DNA of 64,000 bases. Source: the human T2T-CHM13v2.0 reference genome, Homo sapiens. The notes below the pieces were generated by a model that saw only the letters and a program-made list of their open reading frames with translations, made no database searches and was not told the origin of the DNA. The position numbers and the translations under genes are program-made. This document shows positions 55,623-64,000 of this stretch, piece by piece. The stretch's first letter is position 1. Every line of letters starts with the position of its first letter. The stretch lies in the NCBI RefSeq assembly GCF_009914755.1, contig NC_060928.1. The stretch is one strand, 5' to 3'.

Positions 55623-58600
55623 CTCTGGAGAGTCTCTATTAATGAACAGCTCTGGATGTGCAATGGGCCAGAGCACAATAAGAGCTAAGCTTTACACCAC
55701 TGGGTGTAGAGTGAGAATCAGTCCCCCTGTGGTGGAGACTCAGGCAGTTTGCTGAGGACTAACACACATGAGCTTTAGGGCATAAATTTCACAACTTTTT
55801 GGCTCCTTACATTTTTGTTTACTTTCTGGTTGTCAGGTATGTTCTAGAAAACTAATGTAAACAGATATGTTCCCCATACTTAAGAGGTCCCAACCAATGA
55901 GATCTTGCATTGCACTAAATATAGTGGTGAATGTACATCCTCCATCTGGCTCTATCCATTCTACAAACAGGGTGCATATCAGTGTATCATATGGTACAAG
56001 TTCTTCCCTAAATCTGTTTTTAATGGGTTAAAACATGCAGCTTGTCAATTCTATGATGTTGATTTTGATACAATCCAAATCAACCACACAAATGCAAAAT
56101 TCCTATATTAATCTCTGCTGTTTAGAAGAGCTTTCATTTTCAGGTGGGGATCAGGGGCTTTAACTATATTTCAACTATAGAAAAATTCCCTGAGTTAGAA
56201 CAAAGACATGTAAAATCCTGGCCCAGCAGATTGCCTTCTGTGTCTCCACGATTCTTTCTGTGGTGTTCTTCTGTGATCTGCTTGAGAAGAGGAGAACATG
56301 ATGTACATTTAGACCATGGGATGTGCCTCACCTCCAAGGGCCTGCCCTGCAGCTCTTAGGAAGGTGGGCAGTCTCATCACAGCCCAAAGTGAGATGTCTC
56401 CAAGCAAAGAGTAAATGGCAGCCTCTCTTCAGCCTAGACTCTTAAATAGCACAGTATTCTCCCACTTCCTCAAACAACTCGATGGTAGGTTTCTTTCAAC
56501 ATAAAGAGTGGGAGCACTACTTTGAGACACTGATAAACAACTTTCAAATAGAAAATAAATTTCAAAGTGAATGTGTTTTCAGGGCAAAATTGGTACTGTC
56601 TCATTTCAAACTATGAAAATATGATCTGATTTAATGAGTTGGAGTCATCCATTCATCCAGCACCTACTATGTGCTAGGTACTGTGTAATGTCCTTGGAAA
56701 TTATAAATATGAGGGTGGCAAATTATAAATATTAGGGTACATAGACTCTTGTAGCAAAAATAAGCTATGACTGATCTGAGGTGCCTGATTAACCCTTTGA
56801 ACCAATACGACTCGTCAGCTTGTCAGACTCTTTTGGGTTTTGTTTTGTCTTGTTTTGTTTTGTTTTTTTCATTGAATTGACAGTTGCTTGTTAACATTAG
56901 TGAAATCAGTGAGTTCTTTGCCATGGTCTAGGATGTATTCTCTTAAACAGTTACTTATTTATTCCTCTCCTAGTCTATTTCATTAACATGCTTTTAAAAA
57001 TCAAAACTTTTTGATTAAGCAATAGAATTGCTCTCCAGAAAATTACTCCAGGAAAAAAAGATCATAATGGAGTACTAAAAGATATTATTTCCATATGTTC
57101 CCACTTGTTTTCTTTTTGTAAAAAAAAAAAGCATATGCTTCTATGTACATAGGATGTTTTCTGGAAGAAAACACACTTAGCAATTAACAGTGGTTGCCTT
57201 TGGGCAGGGAGTTTGGGGGCCTTGACTGGAAGGGAGACTTAACTTTGCATTATATAAGCTTTTATACAGCTTAATTTTTACCATCTTATGTATTATATTT
57301 TTAATTTTAAGTGCTAGTAAATAACAGGATGCATTCCCAGTAGTCCTTCAGAAGCTCCAAGTGCTTCTGCTAAATAAGAGAAAACCAGTGAGCCCCACTG
57401 TTTGCCTCCATGAGGACTCCTGCTCCTGCTCTTGCTCCAGCAGAGCAAGCTGAAAGGACACTTTGAATGTAGGACTGCTCCAACACTGGTTCCATGGAAG
57501 AGATTAACAAGCGGGTTCTACTTGAGGTTAGATAGTTAATGAGGGCCTCTTTGAGGAAGCCACATGGAACCAGAGAGGAAAAGGAAAAGAGGGGGACGTT
57601 GCCTACAGGCAGGGACCTAATTTCCTCCTAGCAGCATTGGACACTTACTACCCATACATCCTTTCAGAATGAAGGACATACAAGTTAGGGAAGTCTACAC
57701 AGTGATTACACCTAATAATTTTCTCCAATGATTTCTTTCCTTCCCCTTTATCTATAATTCCCAAGAAGAATCAATGCTCACTCCTAGGAAAAGGAAAAAG
57801 AACACCACCACCAACACCACACCTATTTGTCTCAAAGAAAGACAATTCCATGATCTTTTTTGCTTCCCACTGATTCCATGATGTCTTTCCTCTCTGTCCT
57901 TCTTTATGCCTAACCCTAACCTAATCCTAGTTAAAAGTTTAAGGAAGCATGTAAAAGGAAAAAATGTAATTGAGATTGGAAGAATCTGAGAGAATCCATG
58001 TTCATTTGTGGTTTTTCTGGATCATTTTCTTAGCACTTGCCACTGAGACCTTCACAGGATTTCAGAGTCTCCCTTATTAAGCAAGAACATCTTTTTCTTT
58101 TCTTTCATTGTTAGATGTGTGAATTGGGAAATCCATTCATGTGGATTATCAGGGTCCTCTTAATCTCCGGGAATGAACAAACAAACAATTCAACTGTTCC
58201 AGAGTATATCCCATAACCGTGCCTACACTGTTTTAATTACATATATCTGTGGTCTTTGAAGAATTATAATTCTGAGCCAGAATTCTAAATTCTTATTCTA
58301 TAAAAAGTAGTTTTCAGGTTTTCTTGTTTTTATAGGGTGATTCATCTCAGAAATAGTGTTTTATGTCTTTACTTGCACCAAGCATTAATAACCAGCAGTC
58401 AGCAATGGCATAATTATTTGTCAGCTTCATGAAAACCATAAGAAATGAAGGCAGTGTTTGTGCAAAGAGTTTTGTGGTTGTCCTTGGACAAAAGTTTATG
58501 AGGAAATTTTGAGAAGACACCAATCGAGACTGTTTATAGTGAGATGAAGAAGAAACCAGAGGCACTATTGGATTAAAGAAAAAGGTTATTTTCAAAAACT

Positions 58601-59976
58601 ATTTAGAAGAAAGGAAGTAATCACGAAAACTAAAGAGAGAAAACCTCTATAATGAAGTTTTATAGGGTCTTAGCCAAAAATCACAGAGTGAGAGACTGCC
58701 CTGTGTAACCAAGTTCTCATTCTTTATCTACGGGGTACTGGTTTCCCAAACTCTTTCAAAGGACTCGTGTTATGGATCACACTGACCATGGAATTAAACC
58801 TCACATCATCTTTTGGAAATAGTAGAAAAGAAATTCAAAGCTTAGCTTAGAGTTACTATGGCAAAAAGAACTTTTCAAAAAAAAAAGAAAAAGGAGTTTG
58901 TCAAGTTAGTAGGATACTGTTTCCTAGTGAGTTAAGTTTAAATTGAGTCACTAAGCAAAAAATTAGAAAGGAAATCAATACCATTTTCACACTTGAAAAG
59001 GCATCATATGTTCAGCAGGAACTTCCTTCCCCCTTTTAGGTAGCTGAGCTATTATTTAAGCCCATGCTCCTAGTATAATACCTAATTAGACAAATACAGA
59101 GTACTGGTAGCTATTGTTATGTGTCTGCTACCCAGCACAGCCACTAGAGGGTGTCCACTCTTGCCTTGCAAACAAGGTTGGAAATTGTCAACATGGAAGA
59201 ACAGATTTTTCTGCATGTGATACCAACAGATCAAGGTAACCACATTTTTCTGTATAGTAAGGGGAAGTTTGAGCCTAAATAGAGAAAAGCCACTTACATC
59301 ACATCTACTGAAGCAGAGTCAGCCCCTTAAGCACAGAGGAAAATGTAAGTTCAAAGTGGCTTTAGGTGTTAGCTAGCTGCCAAAATTAGTAGCTTCTACA
59401 CCACTTTGTTTTTTTCCAGTATTCTCCCTAACCTTTCATTCTTAATTTCAGAGACAATATAATCTGCCAATTCCAGTAGTTGAAATTATTTGCTTTACTC
59501 ATGGTTTAGTAAGCACAGATAAAAAACCACTGTCGGCTTCTCAGTTGAGCTGTCTCCCAAAATCCCAAACTTTTACTACTGTTTGAAAAGTAGGCAGCGT
59601 GACTAGTTGATGTGAGATCAAAGGCACATCTCTTCTGTTATTAAATTGTATTATATAACTATAATATATTTAATATATATGTATTATATTAATACACTAT
59701 ATTGATTTTTATGTATTAAATATATATCACAATATATTCATGTTACTACATATTAATAATAATAAATTATATCTGTATATCTTTCCAGACTAAAAATTGC
59801 TGAGGCTTTAAAATACGAAAGAAAAAAATAACAATTCTAATACTCTTTTGCTACAGTGCTAACTGAAAAGCACTGTGAATAAAATTTAGAAGTTGGGACG
59901 CATAACTAAAACTGTAAGTGCCCACATGCTCCGTGCCAGCTCTACCATTTCTTACCACTGTGTCTCCTTCTTTCAG

Positions 59977-60104
59977 CTGCTGGCTGGGCGCTGGCCTTTT
60001 GATCACAATGACTTTGGCGTATTTCTTTGCAAGCTGTTCCCCTTTTTGCAGAAGTCCTCGGTGGGGATCACCGTCCTCAACCTCTGCGCTCTTAGTGTTG
60101 ACAG
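59977..60104 (+). CDS. EDNRA: Endothelin receptor type A, exon 3 (ECL1 and TM3, up to the D-R of DRY)
   Basis: Acceptor TCTCCTTCTTTCAG|; [42 protein letters not shown](R) continues exon 2 in phase 0; conserved TM3 Cys; 128 nt; donor AG|GTAATG. Confidence 0.99.
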
Positions 60105-61100
60105 GTAATGTGGTTCTTTCCCTTTGCTCTTTGGCTGGGCTTAGAAAAGCATTTTTCTCAAAAAGAAGAAAAGTCAAGAGAATTCGTGCCCAGGACAGCT
60201 GTTGATTAGCTTCAAGTGAATTAAAGCATTAACCATCTTGCCTTTGCTGTTTAGAATTGCCTTCCACATTTGCTGATTATTAGCCATCTTTGGCTCAGAC
60301 AATTATGTACCTAGAGCATTTTATCAAGAATACCCATTTGACGCCCTTTTGGCAATAAAGTGAAAATTAACATATTAGATGGAATAAACTTTGTGAAAAG
60401 GAGATTCCAGGATATGCAAATCCTATATTTCACCTGGTAAATTTATCATAAAAAAAGATACTGTTCAATTATATCTGTAATGTTTAATTAATTGAGTGAG
60501 AGGTAAGTGCACCATATTGCTATGTTCTTCACCCTGCCTTTTTGAAAGACTGAAATGTTTCATAAGTTTTAAAAAGAGTGCAACACCAGAAGCATCCCTT
60601 TATCCAATTCTGAAAACTCCATCAAATGTCCCGAAGTCTTTCCAGAATCCGCACGCATGATTGTTAAGCGTTCTCTAAAGAAGCCCTTCTGAATTCTGTG
60701 AACTTCTAGATGGTATTTTCTTTACCTTCTGGTTTTCATAGCAGCAATTATAAGAATGAAATTAGGAACTTTATAACACATTCTGTGGCACTCTTTTATA
60801 TTTACTATAATCTCACACAAGTGGTGTATAATGGCCTATTTAATTAGCCTACATACAATTTAGAAGAGGTTTTCATTCTAACTCATTCCCTGACAATCAC
60901 TTTATCAGGGAACCTGAGTCTCATCATTATAGAAATAAAAGGCTCACTCTTCTAAAGAACATTAAAGAGTTTACAGATATTCTGTTATTTTACATTTATA
61001 ATTATTGTTAGGACAAAAATTGTTACTGTTAAAACATAAAAATGTGCATTCAATCAGCAATTAGAAAATTAGAATGGTATCCTTGTTATAAATTTATGTC

Positions 61101-61330
61101 AGCTGGGCACGGTGGCTCACACCTGTAATCCTAGCACTTTAGGAGGCCAAGATGGGCTGACTTCTTGAGCCCAGGAGTTTGAAACTAGTCTGAGTAACAT
61201 AGGAAAACCCCATCTCTACCAAAAATACAAAAAATTAGCTGGACATGGTGATGCATGCCTGTAGTCCCAGCTATTCAGGAGGCTAAGGTGGGAGAATCAC
61301 CTGAGCCCAGGAATAAATAAATAAATAAAT
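61101..61330 (+). mobile_element. AluJ SINE, right arm truncated, (AAAT)n tail
   Basis: GCTGGGCACGGTGGCTCACACCTGTAATCC...CTTGAGCCCAGGAG...GAGCCCAGG then AATAAATAAAT. Confidence 0.88.
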
Positions 61331-62381
61331 GGCTATAACTGTGAAACACAAAATAAAAATGTTATTAAAAATAAAACACAAAAAATAATTTCATTAGTAA
61401 TTTAAAACACAATCATACCATTGACAAAAATGTTCCCATTGCAATGGTAAACACAAAGATCAGAAATAACCTTATCATCTATTAATAATACCCTTCAGTG
61501 ATTTGTAGGAAAGTCTAGGGTCTCTTTGGGTTACATCTACATTATATTAGATGTTAAAGGCTGCTGCATAAAAACACTTACATACCATAGGTGGCCACTA
61601 TATAATCTTGAGATCATGGTACCTTAGACCATAAAAAGCTGAATAAACACTTATGATGTGGATTTGATTCACTAATAAATTCTCACTCTGATGTTCCCAC
61701 TCCCAGCATCCCAATATCATTTCTTCTTTCATTCAAAATGTTATATTATCTAAAAATTAAAAGCATTAAATTGCACCTATTACATTGCTAATACAAGTAA
61801 AATTTTTCCTGTATTCATCAAGCTGCATATCATCAAGTTACATTTCTTTCAGAGATGTAACCATGTATTTTCATTATAATATCTAATTAAATTTTTTAGT
61901 TATAACTCTAAAATTCATGTAGAGAAAAGAAATGGGAAAATAATCATGACATTTTGAAAAAAGAACAATGTGTCCTACACACATGTTCTTCCTATATGAT
62001 TTTTCTTTTTATTAAAATACAGGGTCTTGCTCTGTCACCCGGACTAGAATGCAGTGGCCTATATGGTCATTTTAAATGCTATAAAGCTACAATGTTTTAA
62101 ACAATGTAATGCAAACCCATGAACACACTGACAAATCAGTGGGAAAACTCGACTCAGGTGCTGGAATACACAAGAATGTATTAATAATATAGGCTGAAAT
62201 CACTTTGAATATAATCGGGGGAGGAAAGATTTATCAATAAATTATGCTATTTAGCCATCTGAGGGAAAAAGCATGTTAAAGTCTTCTGTACATATCAATA
62301 ATAATATTTATAATTATTACCATTTATTGAATATTACTAAGTGTTAGGCCCTATTGAAAATACTTTACAAAAATTAGTTTA

Positions 62382-62683
62382 GGGCTGGGTGAGGTGGCTC
62401 ATGCCTGTAATCCCAGCACTTTGTGAGGCCAAGGTGGGCAGATCACTTGAAGCCAGGAGTTCAAGACCAGGCTGCCCAACAGGTGAAACCCCATCTCTAC
62501 AAATAATACAAAAATTAGCCAGGCATGCTGGTAGGCATCTATAGTCCCAGCTGCTTGGGAGGCTAAGGCACAAGAATCGCTTGAACCCGGGAGGTGGAAG
62601 TTGCAGTGAGCCGAGATTAGACAACAGCAGCTGCACTCCAGGCTGGGGGATGGAGTGAGACTCTGTCTCAAAAAAAAAAAAAA
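62382..62683 (+). mobile_element. AluS SINE inserted in a MIR
   Basis: Full dimer; TSD AAAAATTAGTTTA. Confidence 0.93.
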
Positions 62684-62858
62684 ATTAGTTTATGTAACTG
62701 TGATAGTTGGTGTGTTATCTCCACTTTACAGATAGGGAAGCTGAGGTTGAAAGAGATTAACCAAGTCAGCATGGCTACTAAGTGCTGGAGCCACTAATCA
62801 AATGTTGGTAGTCTGCATTCTTAACCACTATACTCAAGCATGTAAAAACTCAAACCAT

Positions 62859-64000
<1,142 letters not shown>

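Noticed and set aside
57909-57930. CCTAACCCTAACCTAATCCTAG telomere-like run
   Set aside because: Only about two proper units; too short to call an interstitial telomeric repeat.
59640-59780. Very AT-rich self-complementary tract upstream of exon 3
   Set aside because: Ordinary low-complexity TA-rich DNA; the apparent palindromes follow from composition.
59851-60205. Standalone ORFs around exon 3
   Set aside because: 59893-60108 is exon 3 plus intronic flank; the others are alternative-frame or antisense shadows.

Overview
Human (primate) genomic DNA carrying the 5' half of EDNRA, the endothelin-A receptor gene, on the + strand. It contains a CpG-island promoter and non-coding exon 1 (ends 21507), exon 2 (25746-26235, ATG at 25816, codons 1-140) and exon 3 (59977-60104, 128 nt); the gene continues past the window end. 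About 9 kb upstream is a full-length but inactivated L1PA3/PA4-type LINE-1 (6046-12069, - strand, 15-bp TSD). Intron 2 holds a sense-strand GTF2F2 (RAP30) processed pseudogene (46185-47353) inside a nested Charlie1a/L1M/Alu stack. The rest is ordinary interspersed repeat (Alu, old L1M, L2, MIR, MaLR and MER4 LTRs, hAT and Tigger elements), and almost all short ORFs in the supplied track are repeat-derived or spurious. I found no evidence of a new multi-gene biological system. The most interesting observations are: (i) three cases of a second element re-inserting into an earlier element's target-site duplication; (ii) the retrocopy's unexplained 5' end and its potential to act as a cryptic terminal exon; (iii) an L1 antisense promoter aimed at EDNRA; (iv) several motif clusters that may be vascular enhancers. 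Repeat subfamily names come from recalled consensus sequences and need RepeatMasker/Dfam confirmation.
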